64,000 bases of DNA, taken from the NCBI RefSeq assembly GCF_006345805.1, contig NC_043001.1, positions 34,658,001-34,722,000 on the forward strand. The letters run 5' to 3'. Under the pieces are notes generated by a model. That model was given only the letters and a program-made list of their open reading frames with translations, made no database searches and was not told where the DNA came from. The position numbers and the translations under genes are program-made. Source of the DNA: Octopus sinensis. Lineage: Eukaryota. The stretch's first letter is position 1. Each line of letters starts with the position of its first letter. Below, one piece after another: positions 1 to 14,361 of this stretch.

Positions 1-16
1 TCTGAAACAAGTAAAA

Positions 17-63
<47 letters not shown>

Positions 64-1344
64 TGTTGTCTACAATCTCTATGTATCTCTCTCTTTCTCT
101 CCCTTACTATATATATATATACATATGAATATATATACCGGTGTATCCATCGTAGACAGAACTTCATTTATATATTATTACTGCCAAGTACTGGTGTATT
201 TATATGAAATGTTTATCAAGTATAGAAAGAAATATGTGTGTCTATATCTCTTTCTCTATGTGTATACATGCGTGAAAGTGTGTGAATAATGCGCTTGCGC
301 GTATGTTTCGGCGATCAGATATTTCCACCGCTGAATGCAATTTGTATGCACAAGGAAAGAAAATTTTCAAATTACCTGGTAATTGCCCGTCGTTTCAAAA
401 GTATATCCCCAAAAATGCTGACAAGAGATTGTTGCTATTTCATTGCAAAGGACTCTGCTGTATATTAGATTGCCTTTCGTCATCACTATTTTATTGCAAA
501 TTATATTTCCTCTCACTCTTCTGCTGTCAACACTACATAGAGTGCACACATAGGAATCTAAAATAGTTTATATTTCTGAGAATGCAACACGAAATTGTTA
601 ATGATTTTGTTACCATTCCTATCCAAAACCACTTGTCAAATTCACAATAGACGTTTGATGTATAATTCTTGGGGGCAGAGAAACGCATTAGTTTTGGATT
701 TAGAAAGCAGAATATCGATTTTAATCCATAGGTGGTCTAATGAAGACTCATTGATCTTAATAGAGCAGTAGTATTTGCCCTTTAGGGATGTTCTTCAACA
801 TCAGATACTGACACTATAGATCTCCAGCATCTTACTGATGAATCAATTTGCTTCAGTGTTCTAAATATACACACATGTTAGTGCGCGTCTATTTAATTAA
901 ATTTATGAAGAATCCTCAGAAGAAAGTCGCAGTTCTTTGTATTTCGGTTCGTGAATAATTGACAACGTGGAATACTCAGGTAATGGTTGATGTTAATTAA
1001 GTGTTCTCAACTTGGTACAATGGAAACTGAAGTACTATAGTAGTTTTGTAGTGGTTTCGCATCGCTTTAGTGACAGTATATTAAATTTCTCACAGATCTG
1101 TAATACGATGCTATTTTCGTTTTGAATGAACGATAGTGATATCCATACTAAAACGTTCTCAAGCAACTAACTTCTCGAAATTCCTATTAACTCTAGGAAC
1201 TAAATTGAAAATTTCGTTTTTGGCTATATTTTTCAGTGTAGATAGACCCTATATAATTTCCATGGTTAGATAAGTAATAATTATATTAACTACTTAATCT
1301 GAGATTTTTGTAGAAATATGTGACAGAATGCCAGCATTTTAAGA

Positions 1345-1935
1345 AGCGGGTAAGTCAGTTACATTGATCCCAGTGCTCTTATTTTATAGACCCCGAAAGG
1401 ATGAAAGGCAAAGTCGACCTCGACTGAATTTGAACTCAGAACGTAAAGGCGAACGAAATACAGCTAGACATTTTGCATGGCGCGCTCACCATTCTGCCAG
1501 ATTGTCGCCTTCATTATTGCAGAAATATATCAAATTTTTGATACAAAGCCAGCTGTTTTCGGAAAGGGGCCAAATCGATTAAATCTATTCCAGTGCTCAA
1601 TTAGTACTTATCGAACTCGAAAGGCAAAGTCGACTTTGGCAGAATCTGAACTCAGAACGCAAAGACGGAGGATATCTCGCTAGCATTTATTCCTGCATGC
1701 TAAAGACTCTGCCAGCTTGTCGCCTTGATTTTTGCAAAAATATTGAATTCAAATTCTGGCTAGCTATTTTCGGAGAGGGAGGTAAGTCAATTCATCGGCC
1801 CAATACTCAACTGATACTTATTTTATCGACTCCGTAAGAATGAATGGCAAAGTCGACCTCGGCGGAATTTGAAATCAGAACGACAGGCGAACTACCACTT
1901 GGCATTTTGCCTGAAGTGCTAACGATTCGACTTTT
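1345..1935 (-). mobile_element. Three head-to-tail degenerate copies of SINE family B
   Basis: Recurrent AAAGGCAAAGTCGAC...GAA(T)TTGAACTCAGAACG core near 1405, 1620 and 1845, each followed by a tRNA-like head remnant (ctgccag...cgcctt); same family as 55822-56400. Confidence 0.8.
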
Positions 1936-4614
1936 TTTTTTCGGAAATATTAAACTCTATTTACAGTTTCCACTAGTTACTAGCCCGTATATTACTTCTA
2001 GATGATGAAGCATTAGAGAATGTGTCTTTCTAAACACAATGTCAGTCGTTTTCCTGTGCATAGTTTTCGCATGGGTAATTAACACAAATAATAAACGCTG
2101 AATTTTTAGAGAGCAGAATATTGATTTTAATCCATAGATGAAGGTTCATTGATCTTAACAAATGATCATTGATCTTAACCAACGAAGGTCAAGATCAATG
2201 AAGGTTCATTGATCTTAACACAGCTTAAACAATCGTCACGTTTTATTGTGAAATTGGTACGTATATAAACACAGGTAAGTCCGAATCAAATCGAAATATG
2301 ACTGGCCTTCCCTTCCGTAATTGCTCTATATTAATATTTCTTGATTAATATTCGCTTTTCCTCAACTCATAAGTTTAGTTTAACTTTTCATTCTCCATGT
2401 ACTAAATATATAAACATTAATTTAATTCTTACTTTTCACGAGATGTTGTCACTGAATTATGTATTCACAAAGCAACCGATGAACAATCACATTTATTTAA
2501 CAACTATTGAGTCACTTCTGAAAATATAAATAAAATATATTTCTTCGCTGATGAGATCAGAATAATACCGAAACATATCTGGAGTAGTCTCCCCCACCCC
2601 GAAAATAATGTGAATAATATGAGTTATTATCTTACGGTTTTTTATACCGTGTTTTCATTTTGTAGCTCGCTTTCTTCTTAACGTTCATAGCATTAAATAT
2701 TGTATCACTCACTAGCAATTACCAGTGAAGTTTCTTGGCTATAAGTTCAACACAAATATAAGCCGAATAAGAATTATCCAAATATTGTCTGGTTAGGAGT
2801 GTACTGTATGACCACAACTCATCAGTTCTTATTCAACTGAGACAGCATAACATAAAAAAATTTAAAAAACTACTATAGATATAATTTCAAATAGCATTAT
2901 TAACAGCTTCAGAAAACACATACATTAAATATATAATTGGATATATCCACCAAAACTTGATACGGAATTAATAGTCTTTAAGACATAACTACTAATTAAA
3001 ATTTTATGAGAATTTCAAAACAAATCGATATAGTACCGAATTGGAAAATATTTTATGGAAATTTAGTGTAATATGTTGATGCCAATTTATAAAATTAATG
3101 AAAAGTTGATGTAGTACAGCTCTATTCATTAACGAAGACAGTTAATTCAGTTTATTATTATTTGATATTATATGCTACCTTAATAGTTGAATATTTTCAG
3201 AAACGGTAGATCAACATAAAATTATCTTGCCCATTACGCTCTGAAAATATCAATTCGTTGTCGCTTTCGGTTTCATTAGTTTATTAAATTCAAGAGTGAT
3301 TTCAGTGTGGTACTTACATCTAGTGAAGTAGTACATGTTTGTTATGATGGTGATGATGATAAGCTGTGAACTGCTGTATAGATCAATAATGCGAATGATT
3401 TTCTTTGTCGGTGAAGAAAATGCATTATAAGAATAAAAGAGTGTAAAATGCTATGAGCGTAAAAGAAATGAGAGAATGCGAAGTGCAAAATAAGATTCAA
3501 TTTAGAACTACAGAATGTGTGTAGTTCAGATGTTCAGTGCGAACAGGAATTTTATTTCTGCTTTGCCGTTCGCTCTGCTTCATGATATTTTAGGTGCATA
3601 GCTTCTATACGCACTTCAGCCGAACTATACTTCTAGTTTCTCACCAAAAACAAACATGGGCCAATGAAATAGTCCCTATGCGATTATTCGACTCGAAAAG
3701 AATAGCGGGCGATTCTTCGTCAAATTTCACTTTACCCTCTTAAATATAGAGGAATAAAATATACTAAACCGAATTCAGCGAGGAAGGATTGTTTCTCTGA
3801 CTGATAGTGATTAAGGAAACACATTCATTATTATACCTAATGTTGTTGTTATTTATACCTAGGTCAGCTCTGATTAGACATCATATAATAAATAGGCCAT
3901 AGGATCTTGTACATTTAAGGTAGTAGTGTGTGGAAAAGAAATTGGTCAACTGACAAGAGGTCAGTAGACAGAAATACTCACGAGGTGGGTATAAAATCTT
4001 ATAACAACTACCAAGTGAGATAACTGAAACAAAATCAATTCGATGTTATTTTTGGACAATATACACGATGCAGGTAGGAAACGATCTTGCATCTAAAGAC
4101 AAATGATGAAAATAGCAAACATACTTTGGTCACATCAGACATCCCCTGTGAAACGAGTTCGCTGTAAGCAAGTCCTAGAGATTATGAATACAGACAAATA
4201 TAGATACAGTACAGTGAAACTAATTATGACTATGGACATTATGACCGAGGGAGAATATGTCAGGGGAGTATTCTACTTGCTGTGAACAAATATGTAGGCA
4301 AAATGAGTGGGAAAAATTCGATCAATAAGATATTCCAATTAGTTAGTAGGCAAAAACTTTTCTTAATATTATTAAATACTATTATCTATAAAAGAGTTCA
4401 ATTCGTGAACAATCCGTTCACTTTGTTTCACGAACAGTGCATCAACGACGGCTTTTTGCGAAGCTATCTTTGTTTTAAAACAGCAGGCTCGATATGTGGG
4501 AGTATTATCAGGTTCATCGCCGTCTTATCTGTTCATAATATTTAAACTTTTTGATAAGACAAGATCAATGAAACTTTGAAATGACCGTCGACTGGCTGTC
4601 TCTCCGTCCGCCCA

Positions 4615-4828
4615 TCCATCCATCCATCCATCCATCCACCCATCCATCCATCCATCCATCCATCCATCCAAAACCAACCAATCATTCTACCTACCTATCT
4701 ACCTACCTACTTACCTACCTACCTACTTACCTACCTACCTACCTACCTACCTACCTACCTACCTACCTACCTACCTACCTACCTACATACATACATACCT
4801 ACCTACCTACCTACCTACCTACCTACAT
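4615..4828. repeat. Compound (CCAT)n/(CCTA)n tetranucleotide microsatellite
   Basis: Direct reading. Confidence 0.95.
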
Positions 4829-4829
4829 A

Positions 4830-4985
4830 CCTGTGTTTATGTCCCCGTCACTTAGCGGTTCGGCAAAAGAGACCGATAGAATAAGTACTGGGCTTACAAA
4901 GAATAAGTCCCGGGGTCGAGTTGCTCGATTAAAGGTGGTGCTCCAGCATGGTTGCAGTCAAATGACTGAAACAAGTAAAAGAGTA
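4830..4985 (+). mobile_element. SINE family A, 3' half
   Basis: cttagcggttcggcaaaagagaccgatagaataagtact...ctccagcatggttgcagtcaaatgactgaaacaagtaaaaga matches the 3' half of 7490-7878. Confidence 0.9.
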
Positions 4986-5164
4986 TATATACATACATAA
5001 CATACATAAATATATACGTACATGGGCGCATGCATACATACATGCAGGCATGTATGCATACATCTATCCCTCCCTCCCTCCATCCACCCATCCATACATA
5101 TATACATACATGTATACATGCATGCATTACATACAAACATACATACATAAAATCTGAAAGTCAG

Positions 5165-5320
5165 TGAAAAAATATTACCCACTCTGAACTATTGGGAAAC
5201 CTGCAGTTACTCTATCCAGACAACAAGTTCTGGTATATTCCTGTAGTTATTATCGCCCAGAAATACATTGCCTAAATATCAATAGTGAGAAATTAGGATT
5301 CTCAAAACCAGAAAGGAAAA
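5165..5320 (+). mobile_element. Remnant of RLE-clade non-LTR retrotransposon C-terminus
   Basis: Translates as LLGNLQLLYPDNKFWYIPVVII...KLGFS, resembling the KY..L...LQ.LYP...F..IP.IIGALG tail of restriction-like endonuclease domains; disrupted. Confidence 0.4.
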
Positions 5321-5459
5321 ATCTGATTCGAAGACTACAGATCCACCCCGTCACTGGAACTGTAACAGTCTGGAAAACTTTCCAGAAGTTCATCATTTAA
5401 ATATATATGAGCATGTCTAGATCTGCAACTATATGCATGGGAATATATACACAAAGCAA

Positions 5460-5940
5460 AACATACAAATTTGCACATATACATACATGCATACATACAT
5501 ACATACATGCATACATACATACATACATACATGCATACATACATACATACATACATACATACATACATACATACATACATACATACATAGAGATGCAAAT
5601 ATCCTGTTGTTGATGTTGAAATTTCAATGAAGGAGCCTTGGATCTAGGTTAGAAACCGAGTCTTTCTCTATCGGCAAGAAATCTTGAAATAAAAATGAAT
5701 AATGGCACTTATACATACATACATGAACATGTCTAGATATGCCACTATGTGCATGAGAATACGAACATAAAACATACAAATCTGCACATACATGCATACA
5801 TACATAATACATGCATACATACATACATACATACATACATACATACATACATACATACATACATACATACATACATACGTACATACATACATACATAATA
5901 CATACATACATGCATACATACATACATATATACATACATG

Positions 5941-5972
<32 letters not shown>

Positions 5973-6520
5973 CATATATACATACATACATACATATGTA
6001 CATACATACATACATGCATACATACATACATACATACATACATATGTACATACATACATACATACATACATACATACATACATACATACATACATACATA
6101 CATACATACATACATACATACATACATACATACATACATACATACATACGTACATACATACATACATAATACATACATACATGCATACATACATACATAT
6201 ATACATACATGCATACATACATACATCATACATACATATATACATATATACATACATACATACATATGTACATACATACATACATGCATACATACATACA
6301 TACATACATACATATGTACATACATACATACATACATACATACATACATTCATACATACATACATACATACATACATACATACATACATACGTACGTACA
6401 TACATACATACATACATACATACATACACATACATACATACATACATACATACATACATACATACATACATGCATACATACATACGTACATACGTACATA
6501 CATACGTACATACATACATA
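5460..6520. repeat. Long (CATA)n microsatellite arrays with interruptions
   Basis: Direct reading; source of the MYVC/HTYI ORFs. Confidence 0.97.
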
Positions 6521-7412
6521 CGGCATGGCCACAACCTTCAGGCTGAAATACATAATAAAATACATACATCAATACATGACAAGCTAGATGATGCTGTCGC
6601 GCTTTCGATGACTTAACCTAGATTTTTGAATGTAGATCATTATTTACCAGGGAAAAAGTTTTAAATGGATCTCGGAAATAAAAAAAAATTAATGCATATA
6701 TGCTAGCGTTGGTACACTGCACTTTTAAGAGAAATTAACAGAAAAACACAATTTACAATAATTTACGCTTGACTAGGAATGCATTAATTTCTCAACTGAA
6801 GGTCGAATTATATTGACAAGCTAAGTTCATCCTTTTGTTTCGGAAGAATTTATCAAGGACTTGACGATTACATTTCCACATCTTTCAGCTATTCTAATTA
6901 AATGCAAGATTCAAATTGCTTTCGGCTGCAATTAGAATAACACTTGCTGCTGTCTTTTAAGATTGAAGAAATGTTGATTAACCAGGCTGTCTTTTTTCAA
7001 AAGGTGAAGGTGAGGGAATGGGCTATTTTTCTTCGAATGCTGCGGGCAAAAGGTTAGCTGATGATATTTATTTAATTTCTCTAAGTGAGTTTATTTTGGA
7101 CTTCACTGTGGAGTTCCATAATTATGTTTCTTCCATACAACTGTACAGTTTAATGAAGACTGAAATAAATAAAAGAAATTTTATAGCCAAGGAGACCAAA
7201 GTAGCGAGAGGAAAAGTCTGTAGTATACTGCCTGAAACTGTAGGAACATCTGATAACTTGACTGACGAAATAAAGCCACAAACGCCCCTTCCTTTTTTTC
7301 CTGCGCCTCTAATTGTTGATTTTCCTATCCGCTTTGTATCGTCTATCTGTCCGGAACTTTTATTGACCTCTATTGTGTTTTTGTTCTATTGCGTTTCTTA
7401 TATATATATATA

Positions 7413-7455
<43 letters not shown>

Positions 7456-7489
7456 ACACACTCACAACACACACATATATATATATATA

Positions 7490-7878
7490 GGAGTGGTTGT
7501 GTGGTAAGAAGGTTGTTTCCCAACCACATGGTTCCGGATTCAGTCCCACTGTGCAGCACCTACTAGAGCCTCGGGTCGACCAAAGCCTTATGAGTGGATT
7601 TGGTAGACGGAAACTAAAAGAAGACCGTCGTATTTTTCTTTTATTCTTTTATTTGTTTTAGCCATTTGACTGCGGTATTTGTGTCTGTGTTTGCCCCCCT
7701 CACCATCGCTTGACAACCGATGTTGTTGTATTTACGTTCCCGTAACTTAGCGATTCGGCGAAAAGTACCGATAGCAAAGTACTAAGCTTACAAAGAATAA
7801 GTCCTGGGGTCGATTTATTCGATTAAAGGCCGTTCTCCAGCATGGCCGAAGTCAAATGACTGAAAGAAGTAAAAGAGT
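7490..7878 (+). mobile_element. SINE family A, near full length (tRNA-derived head)
   Basis: ggagtggttgtgtggtaag A-box-like and ggttccggattcagtccc B-box-like head, body, and gactgaaa..gtaaaaga tail. Confidence 0.9.
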
Positions 7879-8759
7879 ATATATATATTTATATATATAT
7901 ATATATATACATTAATGTGTTGCAGGAGGCGCTCTCCATGTCTTCCTTTCTATTTTTGCATCTCTCTATTTCTCTCTGTATACATACATACATGCATACA
8001 TACATACATACATACATACATACATTCACACCCACACACACATATATATATATATCATGTCGTTACTTCTTCCTCTCTCTCTTTCTCTCAACCTTTCTTT
8101 CTTTATCATTTGCATAAAAAAAGTCAAAGAAAACCAATTCCCGGAATGTGAAAAACTTGTAGCTCTGGGCGACATATCACGAGAGTGAAGTCACTAGAAA
8201 CAGATAAAACTATATCTAAACATTGCACTTCTGAATACGTAGTTCCTGAAGGCAGAGAATTTTACGTTTGAGACCTATCGATCGGTGGGTCAGTCGTTTC
8301 CACATGTTTTATGTAAAGAATTACGAACCGAATGCATAATTCTTCGGTAGGAATAGACGTTCCAAAGAACGTTTAAATATCCTTTGAAATGCATACCGTG
8401 CACATAGTAATTCTGACTAAAGAATAAAATGACTTTAGCATTCTTTAATTTCGTTTATCGCCAAACTACAATTCCTTCATATCGTTTTCCTTATCTATCT
8501 TGTTTTAATAGTATAATAGGCAGTCCCATTCTGGTATCCAATCCGACGTTATGGAAATAGCTGTCAAATCTTCAAATTGTACGTTATTGTTTCAAAAAGA
8601 AAGAAAATGCACCGGATGCAGGAGTTTTAGAAAGTGTATGTCTGATAAATAAAAAGGAGCCGAGTGCAGCCTTCTGGCTTGCCAGCGCTCGGTCAAACTG
8701 CCCAACCCATGCCAACATGGTAAATGAACGTTAAACGACGACGACGACGATGATGACGA

Positions 8760-9720
8760 TGATATATATAATGTTATCTGATAACATTACTAAAACATAG
8801 AAATATATAAGTAACGTATATAATACCGTAAACTCGGGACTATCTCTGAAGCTAAAAGTAAAAGAGCGCATCGTGATGAGGAAACACAAATAATCAAAAT
8901 GGTCAGAAGACAATTTTCTTTCAGATCTCGAAATACTGGTCAACTCCTCCAAAAGTGAATTAAAGTATATTCTTGAGGTATTTATCCTGAAAGAAATGAG
9001 GATTATCATCCAATTAGAAAAGGGTGAGGATCTAACAGGAAAATACAATAATTAAAGAGGATCTAACAAGAATATACAAATATGAATCAAACATGACTAT
9101 ATTTAGTATAGTAAGCATTTTAGCTGTGATACCAGATTAAAACAATTAGCAAATACAATACCCACAGTAAAGAAAAGACATAATTTAAATACACAGATCT
9201 TCTATGTTCCAGATTTAATTAAAGAATATTGTACCTCTATTTCCATCTTACAATCATAATTGGAAATTTTCAGCCACAAACTCGGGCATTTTAAACAGGA
9301 TGTCCCTTATTACTGCAATGTCTACAAGTTGAGTTGCGAAAATGTAGCATACCAGGAGCATCCCTGTATTATAGCAAACCCAGGAAATAATCTTGTTTGA
9401 TCAATTAAACAACATTAACACAGCTAATATTGTAACCAAGAATTGTTTAAGTCCAGTAATACATTATCCGCCCATACATAATAGCGTTAAGGTCACCTAT
9501 TTCTAGATAAATCATTCGTTCTCGAAATCTCACCCCAGAAGCGAAATCAAACACATTGATCACCTTCATCCCAACAGCCAACATGTAGCTTAATATAATA
9601 TCAACCTGCCCACATAAAAGATCTTGATTTTACAAAACAAAGATATGCAAAGCATTTTAACATCAATGGATGTAATAGAAAGAAATTATTCGAGACAATG
9701 CGAATATATTCAAGAGCGTA
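8760..9720 (+). mobile_element. Highly decayed LINE ORF1/gag-like remnant with CCHC knuckle traces
   Basis: Near 9270-9365, fragments read HKLGHFKQD(C) and RKCSIPG, resembling tandem CX2CX4HX4C knuckles; many stops and frameshifts. Confidence 0.3.
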
Positions 9721-10317
9721 TATAAGCAAAACTTACGCTCAGACCAAAAGAGAGGAAGCAATCTAATTCCAGTACATTTCGTATTGATATTCATATGCCG
9801 CGGATATAAATGTATTATAACATGTAATGTCATGGATAATGATAATTTATATCCTGAAAGTATAGACTATGAAGAACAGAAACGTCCTAGATATTAAATT
9901 ATCCTGCAATATTGTTTAATCAGACAGCTAGAAGTCTGAGATATTGTTTCGCTGTCGTCACCAGAAACAATTTCACTTGGATTGCTTTTATTCATAGCGT
10001 CAATCAACAATCGACTGATGTGATGAGCCTTGCTGAATAGCTACAACTTCATGAGCAGACTTTGGACTGGGTGGTTTACTCTCCATAAAAGAAGTGTAGT
10101 TAGCAATCACAATGTTTCTGGCAAGCAACGTACTCAAACAATGAATATCGTTTGAGCAACACATCATTTACCAAATATTGCTTCAACGAGCTTATATATA
10201 CCTTTACACGTGCATCAGATTCTGTGAAGTAATGAAGTGATTCATCAGGTGCCTCATAATATAAAATCTATAAAGTGCACTGTTCCTTTCCTCTCGTCCG
10301 TATGCAAAAACGCACGA

Positions 10318-10430
<113 letters not shown>

Positions 10431-10835
10431 ATGCAGATATAGATATTTATTTAAATAGAGAGAAATATAGCTCGATAGACATATGTGTATGAATATGTAT
10501 CCGTGTACATATCTATGTATGTACAAGCATACACATATACATATGGGTATGCACATACATATACATATGGATATGTGTATGCGTGTGTACACAGATACAC
10601 ACACGCAGATACACACACACACACATATATATATACGTACTTCAATTACTTGATTTCCTTTAGATGCCTTAATAAATATTCCAACTTCTATTGTCGATAT
10701 TAATTCAATTTACAACTGTAGGAAAAACATCACCTTATTATTGATTCTTTTGCAATTGTGGCAATAACTATCGTGTGTTTCTTACGCTCTTACACTTCTG
10801 TATGTGCGTGTTTATGTGTACGAGGGAAGGAGAAA

Positions 10836-10879
<44 letters not shown>

Positions 10880-12335
10880 AAGAGAGAGGATAAGATGGAG
10901 TGAGGTGCTTTATGAAAAACCTCCAGAAACAATGCAAACACAAATCTTTTGAATTACGTCCGAGATAAACAAACTGCAATTGAAAATCATAGGAAAACTA
11001 CAAAAAAAAAATGAAAAACAAAACGCTGTTCAAGTTTTAAAAAGAAAATACAAAAAAGTCGCTTTATTCATTTTCATTTGACCTCTCGCTGTGAACTTTC
11101 ATCTAATGCCAGTTGCCTGCAGGTTAGCACTTAAAGCATGGCAGAAGTGGCATTGTTGATTGCCAAAATCTCACCGTTGAAAAATATAAAAAAATTGGAA
11201 CACATTTTGTAGTTTGTTTAAACAATTTTGTTTGTACGACATGCCATTTTGATAGTAGTTTTGATGTTGCTAGTATAGTTGTTTGTGCTAGTATGTGTTA
11301 TAAGGTGTTTCAAGGTGGCTTTTGTGTTAAAGTTGTTTAAGGTGATGTTAGTTATTCTTACTCTATTGGCAACTATGGCATTTGTTTAGCTAGTGTTCGG
11401 GTTGACGGTTGTTATTATTTTACTGATTATGTTGTGCTATGTCGGTTTAGCTCTACTGCATTTAAACACGCACACACGTACGTTATTTTTGATTTTGATA
11501 ACGATGCAATTTGCTCCTTAGTATTTCCGGTGTATTTATTGGAATTGAAATTGTTGCTGAGCAATCCCTGCTTCGTGGGGATTTTCATGACATGAAAATA
11601 ACTTGTTGAAAACATATCCATTTAACTTTGGAGGTTATGCTCATATGGTCATTACAACAAGTGTGTTGACTCAAAATGTTATTCTAAATATATATTGCCA
11701 GCTTTAAAGTTGCTAAGGAATTTTTTAAGAAAGTGAGAGCAACCAGACTTGGTGGGAAGAGAAAGGTAGAGAAAAGAAATGAATGAGAGGGAAAGTTTCT
11801 GAAAATGTGAGAGAGAGAGAGAGAGTGGGAGAGAAAGAGAGAGAGAGAGAAAGAGAGAGAGAGAAAGAGAGACAGATCCTAATGTTACACTTAAAAGCAA
11901 ATTCATATAATACGTTCGAGAAGGCAGCTGAATGATTTAGGTGACTAGAAGTTTAGTCGGTGAATCGGGCAAAGGTTTTAGAGTAGGACATTGTCATTGT
12001 TATTTAATACGAGTTAGCTAGCGTATGGTGAATGAAAGATGCTTAAGCTGTGTCTTTACAGGCTTTCTTTTCAGACATAATGTAACCCGAGCAACATGAT
12101 ACAATGAGTTCCCACATTTTAGGCGGTAAAGCCTGGTTTATATGGAGGTTTTCCTGATAACCGAAGAGAAAAATGGACGGTCCGTCATTGAATAATTATC
12201 ATAAGACGAGTCCTACTCTATAGAGTCGGGTCAGAAAAATATTTTAGTCTATAATAGCTGTGAATACACTACAAAGCTCAAGTGAGGCTCACAATAGAGA
12301 AATATATCCATTCCTGGCACGGTGCTGCTGCTATG

Positions 12336-12894
12336 TATTGGGCTCGTGCAGACTTTTAAAGGAAAGAAAAAGGGCAATAAATACTTGCCATTACATTTTT
12401 AATCAACTAAATATGAACAATTTTCTTGCACAATGCGTCTCCATATTTCCTTTAACTTGAAACTACCACTCTTCCCAGAATTGAGGTGGATTATTAGCAA
12501 AGAATTCATCATGGTATCTTTTTACATCATCCAAGGAATTGAAATTTTTACCATTAAGACTATTCTGTAGAGACCTGAATAAGTGGAAATCCGAAGGAGC
12601 AATATCTGGTGAATATGGAGGGTGGGGTAACACATTCCAGCCGAACTACAGCAATTTTTGTCTGGTTCCCAAAGCATCAAGTGCCGAAAATGAACTTTCT
12701 TATCTTCCATTTTAAAGGGTTACAGAATTAACACAGGTTATAGGAACATAAACCTCTTTCAACGAAAAGGTAGCTTAAACTATACTCTAAATGGAGGTGT
12801 AGTCAAATCCTATTTTATGGACTCAACAATGTTCTAAAATAAGTCGAAAGGTAAACTACTGTAAATCGGCACGAACTTTCCAGACAACCCAATA
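12336..12894 (-). mobile_element. Internally deleted mariner (Tc1/mariner) element with transposase C-terminus
   Basis: Minus strand encodes GWNVLPHPPYSPDIAPSDFHLFRSLQNSLNGKNFNSLDDVK (mariner YSPDLAPSD motif) and KLKEIWRRIVQENCSYLVD*. Right TIR aaatcggcacgaactttccagacaacccaata; partly deleted left TIR tattgggctcgtgcagactttt; TA at both ends. Confidence 0.88.
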
Positions 12895-13399
12895 CATTGA
12901 CATCCTGGGGCTACATCCAAAGAAGGCTCATCCGTGTGATTAGCATTATATCACTAAAAGATATGCTTCAGCGTCTCGATCACTGGCATGTTGTCTCCTC
13001 TCTTTGTCCTTTCTGTTGCTACTATAACACTCTCTGCTCTGTGTAGCTGGCTACTCTTTATGCCAACAACATTGATGCACTTCTTATTGGCCCAATTGCA
13101 TCTCTATCCCTTTCATTCGTGCTACGATCACCTTTTTTTTTTCTTTCTACCAATCTCTATGATTTATCTAGCATTTCCAGAGTAACGGCCATCTGGAATC
13201 ACCTCTTTCATCATGTTTTTTTTTTTTGCAGGCGTTCGCTTGCAACTGTCTAAACGGAACATTATCAGTCTCAGTCTCACAAGTCTCGGAGGTCCTGCAA
13301 GGATCATTGACTAAAGATATAAAAAGGAAAACTGAAGGCAGCTATGAGGTCATGAGAAGAGAACACAATTCTCTCCATTGTATTTTTGCGTACTATTTC

Positions 13400-13860
13400 T
13401 TGACAAAACAGATAACGTTGCGCTGAACTTCAAACTCCACTGCATATGTGCATATAAGAAGCAAAACAAAATCAAAAAAACAATCAACATCGGAGGTAAC
13501 TCCAATAAACAAAATTTGGTGAGAATAAGGACAACGGAGGTAGGAATCTGCTATAAGCAACGGGCTTGTTTCAGTCTTATTAGCTTTTCTCGGTGGAAGA
13601 TTTCAACGTAATTTGACTAGAGTTAGAGATGGCCAGTAGGAAGAAAAATAAATAAGAAAAAGTAACGTTAATCATGAATATAAGAAAATGGTGTTGAGAA
13701 ATATTACCCCAAGATGTAAAGTTATATGCTAAATACAAGTGTGGTGCAGTTTCCAATATAGTGATGTGAAAAACGCCAATTAACTTACTTATTAGATTCA
13801 AGATTTTCTCAAGCAATGTTGATAATCTAAAGACAACAAAAGTCGATAACATGTGTCAAT
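13400..13860 (+). mobile_element. Possible decayed LINE apurinic-endonuclease remnant
   Basis: ctcggtggaagatttcaacgta gives LGGDFNV after removing one base; otherwise weak. Confidence 0.2.
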
Positions 13861-13944
13861 CCAAAATCTTGGAAAATAAGAACGATCTAGTAAGAAATGG
13901 ATCCTTCTTTTTAAACGTTTTCCGGTTGTTACTCTTTATTCTCT

Positions 13945-14361
13945 TTTTACTCTATTACTTGTTTCAGTCATTTGACTGCGGCCATGCAGGAGTACCGCCT
14001 TTAGTCGAGCAAATCGACCCCAGGACTTATTCTTTGTAAGCTTAGTACTTATTCCATCGGTCTCTTCTGCCGAACCGCTAAGTTACGGGGACGTAAACAC
14101 ACCAGCATCTGTTGTCAAGCGATGTTGGGGGGGGGACAAACATAGTCACACAAACATACACCCACACACACATACACACAGACACACATATATATATACA
14201 TATATACGACAGGCTTCTTTCAGTTTCCGTCTACCAAATCCACCCACAAGGCTTTGGTCGGCCCGAGTCTACAGTGGAAGACACTCACCCAAGCTGCAAC
14301 GCAGTGGGACTGAACCCGGAACCGTGGTTGGTAAGCAAGCTACTTATCACACAGCCACTCC
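13945..14361 (-). mobile_element. SINE family A, full length
   Basis: Reverse complement of the 7490-7878 family, from the acagccactcc head to the tttcagtcatttgactgcggcc tail. Confidence 0.92.

Noticed and set aside
282-566. 94-aa ORF
   Set aside because: Non-ATG start, no recognisable motif or splice context
1996-2048. Hammerhead-like string ATGATGA...CTAAAC-ACAAT-GTC
   Set aside because: Both core boxes are mutated and helix I does not pair
5335-6616. Long ORFs of MYVC/HTYI repeats (and similar YI, CV, LSIY, CLPA ORFs throughout the window)
   Set aside because: Translations of (CATA)n, (TA)n, (CA)n, (TCTA)n and (GCCT)n microsatellites; no coding signal
7018-7566. 182-aa ORF
   Set aside because: No recognisable domain; runs through a (TG)n tract into a SINE head
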